A program made the position numbers and the translations under genes. 64,000 nucleotides of DNA from Pelomyxa schiedti (taxonomy: Eukaryota; Protista; Evosea), in assembly GCA_020536535.1 (NCBI GenBank), contig JAHLWZ010000163.1, positions 1 through 64,000 on the forward strand, read 5' to 3'. The notes under the pieces are model-generated. The model saw nothing but the letters and a program-made list of their open reading frames with translations, was not told where the DNA came from and did no database searches. This document shows positions 1 to 12,924 of the stretch, one piece after another; the first letter of the stretch is position 1, and each line of letters starts with the position of its first letter.

Positions 1-2556
1 TTGAGCTGAGATATTTTCTTCAGTTGGTCACTTGTGTCAAGAGGGGTGATATCTTCTTTTACTCGTACATCTTGTTCCGATTAGTCGGATACAAAAAAGT
101 GGAACTACCAGAGGGTTGGTATATTGTGCCAGTTAGTGCTATGTTGCCTACAACGGATAGGGCTTCTGTAGGCTGTGTTGTATTTATACCAACTTTGCCC
201 TCAAGGTAAGTAGTATGAGCTGATGGAATGGAAGATTTTATGGGAGTCGGAATTTCTGGGGGGTTGCTCTGCTGTATGACTGGTCCAGGTTGTGGTGCAA
301 AAGATTGTGACGTACATTGCTGCTCCCTCTGTACCTGAGCCTGTGCAGTGGGTGGTTGAGTGATGACAGTATCCTGTTTCGGCAATTGGTTATCTTGCTG
401 AGGTAGCGAGGGGTTTGAATGTGTACAATTCTGAGCTTGCTTGGCAAGCTCAAGTTGCAATTGTTGTAATTGCTGTAATTGTTGCAGTTGTTGTGAAAGT
501 TCCAGCTGTACCTGAATTTCGCGAAGTTGCTGCTGAATGTCAGGTGACGGTGGCTTTCGTTGTAACTGTGATTGAGGAGGCTGCGGTTGCAACTGCGGCT
601 GCGGTTGCGATTGCACTTGTGGTTGTGGCTGCAGCACAGGGGTAGGCACGGACCGGGCTAATGGCATTTGAAGTTGGAGTTGCTGTTGCTGGAGCTGCTG
701 TAGTTGTTGCTGTTGTGTTTGTGGTGCCTGCATTTGAAGTTGCGGTGGCGGTATATTGAGTTGTGCCTGTGGCTGAGTAGCAACGTGGGGTTGAGGTTGT
801 GCATGGAATTGAGTGTCTGTAATGTGTGGTTGGGAATGGAGTGGCACTGGTGTTTGCTGTGGGATACTGGGTTGAGATTGTGAATACTGAGATTGTGGAT
901 GCCTGTGCACTAATGTTGAACCTGTTTGGACCTGACTTACCCGCTGAGGCGTAAGAGCGAGTTTTGACTGTGTCTCTGAGTCGTGGTTGTCTGCTAGGGG
1001 AAAATAAGAAGGTAGAAGAGTAAATTGGAGGATTCACCACAAGTTGGGTTTGGTGACACAGTTTTGGAGTTGGTAGGAAGTTCAAATTCCTTCTATTTCC
1101 AATTTAGATAATTTTGATTACAGAAGATAAAGTGTACTTTAGTAGTAAGTTCTAATGTGGGTCTTACAGAGCTATTGGAACTACCACCTTCGGTTGAGGA
1201 GAATATTAAACTGCTCGGGTGACTAGAAGCCGTTGCCGGGACGCTCGAAACCGCTGGTATCCCGTCCGAGCTCTTAGAGTGATAGTATTTGCCTGGATGA
1301 TTCCCCCTCACGACAAGGGGATCAGACATACGGGAAATAATGGTTACACTGGTTCCAGTTGCAGTGTTGGCAATCAATGAAACCACAAGCCGGAAGTATT
1401 CCTGTTTGTCCTTTTTACAGTTAGACTGGTTAGATCGTCATGGGGTGCAAGGAAAAACACCTTATTGCTACTGGAGTTATGTGCAGTTGCCTTGGCAAAG
1501 TAGATTTTAGGCAATTTACACTAATTGTGGTCAGCCTTTTAAAAGACAAGGAGTTTTTAACCTTTTGTCCATAGTGACAGGGGAAAAAAGATGAACATTT
1601 CTGTCTTTTATCTCGGGTGGTTGTGGTACAAAATAAATCCACCTGTGAAATATATGACATCGTCTCCGAGAAAAAAAATAATTACGTTTTTAATGGGAGA
1701 CGAATCGGCAATAACCCCAACAATTCCATATGAAAAGGACTCAATGGTTTGCCTTCTGTCTCCTAAGGAGGAAGAAGAAATAAACCTGAAGGAAAATGAG
1801 ATCTTTCACTGGGAGTTTTGGCACACTTTGGAACATTAGGGCTGGTGAAAGTACAGCAGACTCTGAGTTGATTGCGTCGATAATGAACAAACGCAGTCAG
1901 TTCCTCACTATACTGGTATCCAGAAGCCTCTATTTCCAGGCTGCAGACTCTAATTAAAGATTAGAAAATAAAGGTGGTATTAGTAAGGAAAATACACAGG
2001 AGAGTAGGTTGAATCTAATGCAACAATATTCGTAGATTGTTTTACTTTGTGCCATGAGAGACTTTTTGTGCTAGAACTTTCACACGTCTTCACTGATTGT
2101 GTTTGATTGCCGGTAGTTTCAGTCACAGTTGGGTGCCTTCGTCGAGTTCCAGCTAATTTTTTGTTACTGCAGTTATTTTGTATCGGTAGAACAACCTAAA
2201 GGAGAATCATCAGCAATGAGTGAAGGTGTTTGCCATCTTGGAACAGACGGAATTGGGGCCGGGGATGCAGTATTTTGATGCAGAGCGATAGGTAAATTGC
2301 CAGTAAGGTTACCGCTCGTTGATGCATGACTATCGATATGGCGAATCAAGGGTGGATGGGCAATGACTTTTGAGGTTTTGTACTTGGCAGATTTAGGAGG
2401 TCGAACTGGCTTTGCTGTATCACTGCTGTCACTATTATCACTTTCCGATTCTCCTGCACTTATATTTCCTTCGACGGGTCGTGTGGCTCCACCCTCTGCT
2501 GGTTGTGTTCCACTTCCATTTTCAGTTCCTAAATAGGCGGATGTGCTTCGCTGAGG
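1..2556 (-). CDS. MYRF/MrfA-like Ndt80-family transcription factor, partial copy 1 (5' end lost at gap, 3' end runs off window)
   Basis: Near-identical to 58064-60599. Spliced exons give an Ndt80-type DBD (GYQYSEELTAFVHYRRNQLRV; KIYFAKATAHN; QEYFRLVVSL..SDPLVVRGNHPGKY), a Q/P-rich linker and the ICA start KVGINTTQPTEALSVVGNIALTGTIYQPS/DVRVK. Confidence 0.85.
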
Positions 2557-2615
2557 AGTTTAATATTCTCCTCAACCGAAGGTGGTAGTTCCAATAGCTC
2601 TGTAAGACCCACATT
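2557..2615. repeat. 59-bp inverted copy of 1154-1212 abutting the gap (fold-back junction)
   Basis: agtttaatattc...gacccacatt is the exact reverse complement of 1154-1212. Confidence 0.95.
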
Positions 2616-2715
2616 NNNNNNNNNNNNNNNNNNNNNNNNNNNNNNNNNNNNNNNNNNNNNNNNNNNNNNNNNNNNNNNNNNNNNNNNNNNNNNNNNNNNN
2701 NNNNNNNNNNNNNNN
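2616..2715. other. Scaffold gap (100 N)
   Basis: Run of N. Confidence 1.
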
Positions 2716-3294
2716 ATATGTGAGTCGGAATTTTTATGTCCGGCACCCCCTGTTGTGTTAGAGACTGGAGGCATGTTGCGTTCGAGATATGTTTCAGGGT
2801 CCCCTTCGTTGGAGGCGACCCGGAACAGATCTTGAAAGAAACATGTCGCCCAGTAATTCCCCTCTAAACCTACGGTAAGGGCACGGTTGGAGAAAATAAT
2901 AAAAAAACAGCCTCGTCCCAAAATCATCAGCAACCAACAACATCCTACAACAGAGTAAGCGTAAGAAAAACAACGGCTTGGGCAGAGCAATGGAGCGAAA
3001 AAACCGTAGAGAAAACGAAGGTTAACAAAAAGAAATATAAATATAATGGAAAACAATGCACCTCGTCATAGTGTGTCCTCGGACGGACTGTGCGGCTTGT
3101 GGTTTTTTTTTTTTTTAATGAATCTACTGGAGATCTTTCAGAACATCACAAGTCAATGAATTGATTCACACCCTCACGAACGAGCTCTGAGTAAATCGCA
3201 GCTGTACTGTGGGCCGCGACGGGGTATTGGTGTTGGTACTTTGGTGACTTTCCAGATTGCCTCAATCTGTCAAACAGTTTGATTAATACGAACC

Positions 3295-5124
3295 ATGTAT
3301 TGGACGAGGGCACGTGGGCCTGTGTGCACTTCTATCTGTTGTGGCTGCGTATTGTGGGTGGTGCTCTTCATGGCGGCACCAACTTGGGGCAAGAGACACG
3401 GGGCGGGTGCGGACCTGGTTATGCTGCCTGGTGGAGTGTTTATTATGGGAACCAACGATACGACAAACCAAGGTTTGGAGTTTGGCCCTTGTTGCTGATT
3501 GTTTTGTGGAAATGAAATGAATATTTGGGTTTCTTTGAGGCACACACTTACAGTGTGGTTGTAGCACTGTTTGATGATGCTGATGGGGAGAGCCCTGCCA
3601 GATTTGTCAATGTGAATCCTTTTAAAATCAGCAAGTATCACACTTAAGGAGTATGACAAGTTTGTCATATTTGGTCCAGGTACGCCATTACCAATGCTGA
3701 ATTCGCTCGATTTGTGCTGAAAACGGGCTATGTCACTGATGCTGAGAAGTATGGGTGGGCCTTTGTGTTTGAGCCTTTATTATCTGAGCAGATGTCACAG
3801 ACGTGGTACAAAACCATGACCAATTCTGACTCTGCTAACGGGTTAACCAATAAGAAGCACGGAAGCTGCATACTTTGCTCCATGGTGGGTTAAAGTTGAA
3901 GGAGCAGATTGGAAACATCCACATGGTCCAGACTCCTCTGTAAAGGGCCTTTCAGATCATCCTGTTGTCCAGGTATACACTACACCTTCATTTGATTCGA
4001 CTCAGAACCCCAAGATGTCTTGGAATGATGCCAATCAGTTTTGCTCATGGTATACACCAGGCGGCCGTCTCCCAACTGAAGCTGAATGGGAGTATGCTTC
4101 ACGCGGCGGGGTAGATGGAAACATGTTCCCGTGGGGAAATGAAATGACACCTGAAGGAAAGCACAGGATGAATATATGGCAGTCCTCAATCCCTTCAGAT
4201 TACCTCCCCAAGAAGAATCTGTACATCAATGGTAAAAGAAATCTTTTATATTTATCTGTGTAACTACTTACAGGGGAGTACTATCTTGTAGCTGACCAAG
4301 ACCAAGGGATGCAGATATATCTAACGCCACCAACCGAGGGTTTGTACCTCACAGCTTCGGAACATTCCGCGGAAGGTACCAAAAGGCACTGTAATGAGCC
4401 AGCTATCTAACACATCAAAGATATCAATCAACTACAGACCGTTAGTGACACTCAGCCAGAATATATCAAAGTTGTTCTGGAAGGAGACCAGAAAGTAATG
4501 GCTAGTATTAAAACAACACATGCCTTTTACTCCTCTGGAAACTCCTTAGATGATGGCTACATTGGAACATGCCCAGTAGAAGAATACGGCCCTCAGAATG
4601 ACTTTGGGATGCACAATGTACCCTTTTCCCACCAATCTTTGTAATATTTATTTTCCTGAATAAATAATTGAAATCTAAAACTCCTATTTGCTGCCAAAAA
4701 TTCAACCCACACACCCAATGCGATCATCAATCACATACTCTCTAATACACACTCATCTTTTTTTCCCCCAAAAAGATGGTTGGCAATGTATGGGAGTGGG
4801 TTGCTGATTGGTGGACAACGCACCACCAAGTGACATTTCCGTATCTGGAAAACCCAGCCGGGCCCGAATCTGGAGACAAAAAGGTCCTCAAGGGCGGAAG
4901 CTTCATCTGCAACTGGCTCACGTGCCCAAGAATGAGACCATCAGGAAGGAAGGGCCTTCCCCCTGACTCTGGCTCAGATACCCTTGGATTCAGGTATTTT
5001 TTTCCCTCAGTCTCACACACATCAACCCACTTTTCACTCACAACTGCCCCTTTGTGTTTTTTTGTTCTCATTCTGTGTTGTTGCTCTTTGTTTGGTGCTT
5101 GTTTGTTTCAGGTGTGCCAGTTGA
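3295..5124 (+). CDS. SUMF1: Formylglycine-generating enzyme (SUMF1/FGE-sulfatase family), multi-exon, with signal peptide
   Basis: LPGGVFIMG; DGESPAR; [24 protein letters not shown]; HPVVQ; [15 protein letters not shown]; [10 protein letters not shown]; [16 protein letters not shown]; LGFRC. Confidence 0.9.
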
Positions 5125-5324
5125 TTCAAAAAAGAAACGCTTCCTGTTACGGCTTTCCACGAATTTTTTTTTTAAAAAAAGAAAACAACAGACAAGCAAG
5201 GGACGTAGATCGTCACCGGTAGGTGACTCTGTGCCGACGTGACGATATTGGAGATCTAGATCTAAGAGGGAGGCCAGAGAAGGGACCTACAACAAAAGGG
5301 AAAAAAAGCAGTTGGTTGTGGAGA

Positions 5325-8300
5325 ATGAGCTCGGGGGATGATGACGGATCTCCGCCGAAAGCGGTGCACGACAAGTACGATTCTAATGCGGACATGGAAA
5401 TTACTGTCAGAGAGTGGATGTGCAGTGTTCTTGACAACCACCCCAAATTGTGCTGCCCTTGCTGCAAATGCGCTGCTCCTACAGATGTACTTTCTCCCGC
5501 TGTAGTTATATCACTTTCGCTGTTCCTAACGGTGTTAACAGGAGGAACTCGCGGATTTCGTGGCCGAGCACAGAAACGGTGGTCATGGGAGGGTGTATGA
5601 ATCACTGAGAGACGGGATAACGTTGTGTGAGTTGATGCTCAAAGTGGCACCAATGTGGGTCACCAGAGTAAATCGGAAACAACCACTCACGGCGTTCTTA
5701 CAGATGGTTTGCCTCACTCAATTCTAGAGGCCTTGTATTGACTCCACCTTCCAGGAAAACATAACAACCTTTGTAAGGGCGATAGAGGGAATGGGCATTT
5801 CTCATTTATTCAGGACTCCAGACTTGTATGAACGAAAAGATCCCAATGCCGTATGATGATGATATTCAGCAATTAAAAACTATTTCAAACAGACGGGGTA
5901 ATGAATTGTTTCAGGTCATTGCATCTCTGAACAGTTTACGTCAGTATGTCCAGCGCACCAGTGGAAATACCTCTACTGGTGAATTGAGCAAATCGAGATC
6001 ACTTGCTGCCTCGGCCACTTTACGTGGCACAGGCTCTCCACACCGATTACTTTTCCCCTCCGCCGCCACGTCCCCATCCCCAACACCTTCACCCTCCTCT
6101 CCCCCAATGTCGCCTAGCCCCCCACTTGTGCAAGCTACACAAAACAACAAATCCCCTTCACCAAATACACCTTCACGGACCAACAGATTAACAGCTTCCA
6201 CTTGCCAAGCTAATTCCGCCCCCACACCCACACGTCACGCCAAATCACCATCCCCCATTTCAAGCTCCACCGTCTTTGCAACGGCAACAATACGGCGTCC
6301 GCTTTCTATGCAATTTCCCACGTATTCCACTATAGTTGCTGGAGGTTCCAGCACTTCTGCAACAAAAACTCCTCCTGAAAACGTTGATTCTGATCCAGAA
6401 TCTAAGCACGTCCGACATCGCTCTGTCTCTCCTCCACCACAATTCACCAAGGCAAGCTCACCACCACCCTCACTTAATCATACAGCTTCGATGTTTTTTA
6501 CTGCACCTCCTCCTGCACCAACTGTAACAAGTCTCGAGGATGATGTGAAAACCAAAATTGAATTTAAGTACAGCTCAGAATTGGAAAAGTATGCCTTATA
6601 TTCTATAATATGGCTAAATTCTATGATCAAACAAATGAAACTGAAATCTAGACACATAACTGACTGGATATCAGCAGTAATGGGAAAGCCCGACATGTTC
6701 ACTGGGAAAACCCTTGCTGGAACTCTAAAATCTGGAGTTGTTTTATGCCAGTATGTATTTCAGTATGGGTGAGCGATAGGAACTAAACATTCCAAGGCTT
6801 GCCAATCAGCTTTTACCTGACTCCGTTCCATTGGCTAAGATTTATGAAGGACCCATACCATACAGACAAATGGTAGGTACTATTACCTCAGTATAGTTTT
6901 TAACTCCTGCATGATGTTTAGGAAAACATTGGACACTACTTGCAAGCTGTACGAAGGCTCGGAATGACCTCAAGTGATATGTTCAACACCCCAGATTTAT
7001 ATGAAGAGAAGGACATACCACTGGTAAGAGAGAAGATTGCCGGTTGAAACTAAAACTTTGAACTGGCAGGTTATTAACAGCCTCCACACACTTGCACAAC
7101 TAATGGGAAGAACCAAGTCATATACGGGCCCAATTATGAAAGTACGTTGGACCATTCCAAGTTATATCCTGAATATGCACAGGATACCTCCCATGTCCGG
7201 ACCCTACTGTCAGAAGCACTTATTGAAGTCGATTTAGATGCTCGCGGTACCGAATCTTCAGCTGCTACACTTTCAAGTGAAGATCTGGAGTTCGTTACCT
7301 GGGTAATTTTCTTTTGTTGCATTTATTCCATTTAACACAAACGAGATTAATGAAAAACTGTCTGTGAGGCCTTATGCCAAGCAAGTTACAAATTTAGGTA
7401 CTGATTTACGAAATGGAATAGCACTTATTATGCTTGTTGAGGTAAACCCTTTTTCCTAGGATAAATTGTGTACTTTGTTAATCCCCTCTTCCAGACACTG
7501 AGTGGAACACCATCACGTATGAATATTGTAGAGAATCCTAGAACCCTGTGGCAGTGCATGCAAAATGCATCTTTCTTAATAAAATTTGTCTCCGAACTCA
7601 ATTTTTCCAAAATTACATTTTGTACACCTCATGGTACTTACTCAGCTCATCAAGCTCACTCTCATAGTTCACAGACGTTGTCCAAGGAAACCATACAGGG
7701 ATAACAGCTCTTCTACAATACTTGCGCGAGAAATATGACTTAGAGTTCCTTTATCAATCAGTTCTGCTTTTTTCCTCGTGACATTGTCCAACCACCCTTC
7801 AGGTTTTAAAAGGTCTTGGAAGTGACGCAGATTTTGCTGAACCAACATCAGCTACATCTCCAGGGTTTGTTAGCACTGCTCCAGCTACCCCCCAAGCCGA
7901 GTCCAATAAGACAGCCAACTTGGTTCCAGAATCATCCCCAACTGTAATCAAACCCACCCCTCGGCCACATAAATCTCCTGTGCTTCCTCCAATCACAACC
8001 CCAAAAATAAGTCTTCCAGTCATTACTATTCCCTCTACGAAACTGGATGTGCCAGCAACCAACCCCACAATTGTTGTAACAGCACCAGAAAGTACCCCTC
8101 AAAAAATCAGGAAGGCGCCGACTCCCCCCAGGCTGGAGCCACCCAAGGAAGCCCCCGAGATGCACCCACATACGTCACACACTGAGCACAACGACTCCAA
8201 AAAGGTGTCCGACTCGACACCACGTGCAACAGAGCCTGTTGAACCAGAAGGGGAGTCTCCCCTCAAAGCTAGTGATGTTTCAGACCATAATGACGCCACC

Positions 8301-11300
8301 TCCACGGAACCACAAATTCCCGCACACACCGACACAGGAAGTTCATCCATTGCTGTGACATCAACGGAGATGCCAACAGTACCCCGAGAGGAAAGAAAAC
8401 GAGACCGGCGGCACTCCACTTCCCCATCACCAAGAGTAACAGATCTTGATGAGTCTCATAAGCACAAGCATAGGCACAGGAATACAAAAACTTCACAAGA
8501 AGATACACCAGCAGCGGTTCAAGAACTCACTATACCTCAAGAAGACACTGCACACACTCACAAACATAGACACCGTAAAAGTTCTTCCCACCAAGATGCT
8601 GATGTGGAACAGCAAGCCGAACCACAGAGCATGGGAGATGAATCAGCAGAAAGGCAGAGAACAGAAGTGCAAGTAGAATCAGATCCCAAAGTTGCACCTG
8701 AAGCAAGAACACAAGTCAAAGCAAGCGTGGAGGTAACAAATTCCAGCAGGGACATGGAAATCAAGGTAAAAACAGATCTAGACTCGGGCCCTGTAAAAGG
8801 AAAAGCTCTGGCTGAGGGAACAGAGCAGGATACTGTGAACACAACTGGAGACCTAACCTCCAAACCTGCCGATTCTCAGGTTGCGCCACCTCAATCAACA
8901 GTTGAGGTAAGTGCAGAAACAGACTCCAAACCCATAACTGAAGAGGAAGCTGAGGAAAGATCAAAAGCTAAGGCCAAAGCTAAAGCTAAAGCGAAAGCAA
9001 AAGCTAAAGCAAAAGCCAAGGCTGAAGCTTTGGCTTCTGCAGAAGCAGAGGCAAAATCCAAGGCCGAAGCAGAGGCAAAATCCAAGGCCGAAGCAGAGGC
9101 GAAAGCCAAGGCCGAAGCAGAGGCGAAAGCCAAGGCCGAAGCAGAGGCGAAAGCAAAAGCAGAGGCAGAGGCAAAAGCAAAAGCAAAAGCAGAGGCGGAG
9201 GCGGAGGCCGAGGCAAAAGCGAAAGCCGCCGACGCAGCGAGATCGGAAGCAAAAGCTAAAGAAAAAGCCAAAAGGGAAGAAGAAAAAGCAAGAAAGGCCA
9301 AGGAAAAAGCCCAAAGGGAAGAAGAAAAAGAAAAAGCACGACAGGCCAAGGCCGAGAAAAAGGCTAAAAAGGGGAAGGAAAAGGAAAACCTAATGAAAGA
9401 AGCTCATCAAGAGCCAGCAATCAACCACGATGAGAATTCACTCAAGTCCCCAGCAAAAATAGATCCAGTAGACAAATCGGAAGCCACACAATCTCGAAGA
9501 GAAGTTACACAAATGCCCACAGTGCACCCTGAGTCCGAGCCCACTTCACAGGATGACGCTGCGGGAGCAACAGACCCTAGTAAATTGACGCCAGCTTGTG
9601 AAACTGGACATAGGACCAAAACTCACAGGCGCCACCACCAACAAACTGACGAGAAACCGGAAAAACCACTCAAAGAAGAACCTCACCTCGATGCAGAAGC
9701 AGCACCAGCAGTTGCAGTCACAAGTACCAGTAAAACGGAGGAGTCATCTGAAATCTCACCTGCGCCACCTTCGACAAAAACACCAGAAGAAAATACTCCC
9801 CGTCCCACAGAACATGTGGACAAAAAGATGACACCCCAAGGTTGGTGTTTATTACTTTTGTTATGTGATAACTCTTATGAAAGAGGAGCGCGTACAGAAA
9901 GCGCAATGCGTGGTTCGTCAGCGCGTTGCCAAGGAGCTTCTGAGCACTGAGCAAAGCTATGTTGAGAGCTTGGATATTCTGATTGACAAACTGATCAACC
10001 CACTTTTAAAGTAACCTAATACACCACAAGCATTGGGGTGGAGAAGCCAGACAAAATACTTAAACCTTTTCGTAGTTCTGGAAAACATGGAAATCCAGTC
10101 CTCACCCCCTCTGAGTTCTATCAAGTGTTCTCCAATGTTGCCGAGCTTCTTGATCATCACCATAAGTTCTTGCACGCACTTAACAAAAAACTTGAAACTT
10201 GGACTGATATGGTTACTACCATTGGTGATGTTTTTCTAATGGAGGTAACTTGCATATGCATAGCCCTCAAGTATAATGAAAACACCACCAGGCCGATTTC
10301 TTTCAACTATATGGTGCCTATCTAAGAAATTTTGATATATCCAATGTAGCTGTCACCTACTTCATGAACACTCGCCCTCGCTTTAAAGAGATGATTTTGG
10401 TTCTGCCTTGTCTTCCATCCAAATAACTTACCGTAACACAGGCTTTCGAGAAAGCTCTCCAACAAACAGCAAATCCACTCAATTTAGACTCGTTTCTAAT
10501 TATGCCCATTCAAAGGTTAGTTTACTCCAACAATGAGAAAATAAAAAGAGGACGGCTGTTCAATCAATTTTTTACCTGAAATAACCAGACTTCCTCGCTA
10601 TATGCTTCTTATCAATGATATGCTTAAGTACACTGGAAACTGGCATCCAGATCACCAACTCCTGAAGAAAGCTAAAGATAAAACTGGAGCTGTTATAACA
10701 GCTATTAATACATCTATCGATCAATCTCTCGCTGAAAATGCACACAAAATAATTTCCCTGTCTTCGTCCATACAGGGTGCTGAGGGACCAAAGGTGCAAA
10801 ACTTCTCTAGTAGTCATTCAATTTATAAACAAGCTAAGCACAACAATAGAGTTTGATTGTTCCGAACAGAAAATATATCAAGGAGGGTCCTGCTAAAGTT
10901 GACATCAAACGGGAGAAGGCCATCTCTAGGTTTAATATTTTGAAGAAGCCAAATCATTATTTATTTCTTTTCAACGGTATTTCTTTACCTCTCGTACTTT
11001 TTGTTTCATTGGAACGTAGATGTACTTGTGCTTGTGGACAAAAGAAAAAAGCAATCCTCTCAGGCAGATGCGGAGAAGCCTTACACACTCATTGCTATAA
11101 TCAATTCACCCTTTGACCTCTTTGACTTGGACAAGAGTGATTCTTTCAAAGTCAGAGTCAATTCCGAGTACGTTGGCTTTTGTCCATTAAACCAAACAAA
11201 CAATCCCACCGCACTCACTCACCACACTCCACAGGGGTGTTATACATTGGAACCTCGAATTCAAAACCGCAGCACTGAAGAGTGAATGGGAGGATGCACT

Positions 11301-11418
11301 GTATGCATCCAGATTTCTCCCTACCCTTCTTACATCTTCACCCACAGAAGAAAAGCTGCACCGTGAAAGTGGAAATTCACTTAGTTATAGAGGAGGCAAG
11401 ACCAGGGAGGGAGAATGA
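5325..11418 (+). CDS. Calponin-homology domain-containing RhoGEF (CH domains, low-complexity linker, DH-PH)
   Basis: CH motifs LKSGVVLC..ENIGHYLQAV..DLYEEKD and WINEKL..DLRNGIALIMLVE; DH motifs ELLSTEQSYVESL, FSNVAELLDHH, FLIMPIQRLPRY; PH start RKYIKEGP..YLFLFND. Confidence 0.85.
8964..9230 (+). repeat. Coding tandem repeats (AK)n and (AKAEAE)n, 18-bp unit
   Basis: aaggccgaagcagaggc(g/a) units inside ORF 7920..9950. Confidence 0.9.
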
Positions 11419-11597
11419 AGATATATAATTTTTGTTCTGTGTTAATACCAAAAACAAAGCATTGCACAATGTCGATGGCCACTTCCTCACCCTCTTTTAG
11501 ATTTCCAATTTTTCCAAACATCACAGAGTCTCCTGTTTCGTTCTATTTCACGAAACCCCGCTGAGTTACTACGACCGAGACGCTCAGTTCAATTGAC

Positions 11598-12832
11598 ATG
11601 ACGTCGAGTACCAACACACCAACCACAGCACCCATAAGTGCTTCTTCCTCGGCGACTCTGGCGGCATCTACGCCGTGCTGCGGTGGCAGTGGTGGGGCGT
11701 GTGGGTGCGGTAGTAGCACCAAGGACATCAGAGTAGTTGCGTGTGATTTGGACGGTACTTTGCTGACACACGCAAACACGGTGTCGGACGAGTGCGCTGC
11801 CTATATTAGGAAGCTACAGGCTCAGAGGGGCGTCCGTTTCGTTGTATGTAGCGTGTGTTAATTAACCAATAAGTGTTTATGAGTTGTTTGTTGTTTGGGT
11901 TGTTTTTTTTTTTCCCCCGTGGGCATCAGAACTTTTTTTTTTGGTGTGGAACTATCTATACACTGAAGAATGTAATGTATGTTTAATTGAATTAGTGGTC
12001 TCAAGTACGTGATTAGGTTTCTACTGGGAGAGGACTATCGAGGACTTTTCTGGTTAAGAAGTTCCTTCCAGATTCATTTCATTTTGTGTGCTTGCAGGTT
12101 CAATTCCCTCAAGGTGCCTTAGCTAGTGTTTGTACTATTTTTATGTCTATTTAATGTCTTGTGTACTGCTTCCTGACTTTCACAACCACTTTCCTAATTG
12201 TTTGGTAGGGCTTGATTGCCGGAAAGTACGAGGCCAATAAGGCTACTCTCTTATTTGAAATCCCTCTTCCTGAGGGCTTCTTCCCGGCATTACAGAAACT
12301 AGCACTCTACACTCCCCGCGTTGAGTTTGCACTTCAAGAACCAGATGGAACTATGTACGTGAACTCGCCAATGAGCATCTCCTATCTCAACAGCATCGGA
12401 TTCTCGGCCCGGCTTTGTACAGACTTCAGCAAACTGACATGCAAAATAGCCAAACTCATGTTCCCCATAGCCAACGAAGAATCCAGACAAAGAGTGGAAG
12501 ATTACATAACATCGCCGGCTGGCCAGGAACTAGTCAGGCTGAATATGAGGGTTCTACACACCGCCTTCAATGTGGAGATATTCCCAGCCACGGCAGATAA
12601 GGCAGTGGCACTCGATTACCTTGTGAGGACCGAGTTTGGACTGGAGCTGGATAATGTGATGTGCTTTGGTGACGATGCAAATGACTCGAGGATGTTGTCA
12701 ATGTGTGGAATGTCAGTGTGCCCTTCTAATGCCACCTTGGCTGCTATTTCCTCAGCAAAGAAAGTTTCATCCTGGTCAAACAACCAGGATTGCGTGTTGA
12801 AAGAGTTACAGGCTGTGTTTGGGCCATTGTAG
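11598..12832 (+). CDS. HAD-superfamily Cof-type (subfamily IIB) hydrolase
   Basis: Motif I DLDGTLL; STGR; EIFPATADKAVAL; motif IV FGDDANDSRML; NQDCV. Confidence 0.9.
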
Positions 12833-12924
12833 GGAGCAAAAAAAGAGAAAGTTTTTTTTCCTCTCAAAAACTGAAGGAGTGTGTATAGGGGTTATTGACA
12901 ATGTAGTCTCTTGCTAAATAATCC

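Noticed and set aside
2529-3056. ORFs spanning the N gap
   Set aside because: Artefacts of reading through Ns and the inverted fragment; a real 5' exon at about 2716-2775 cannot be confirmed
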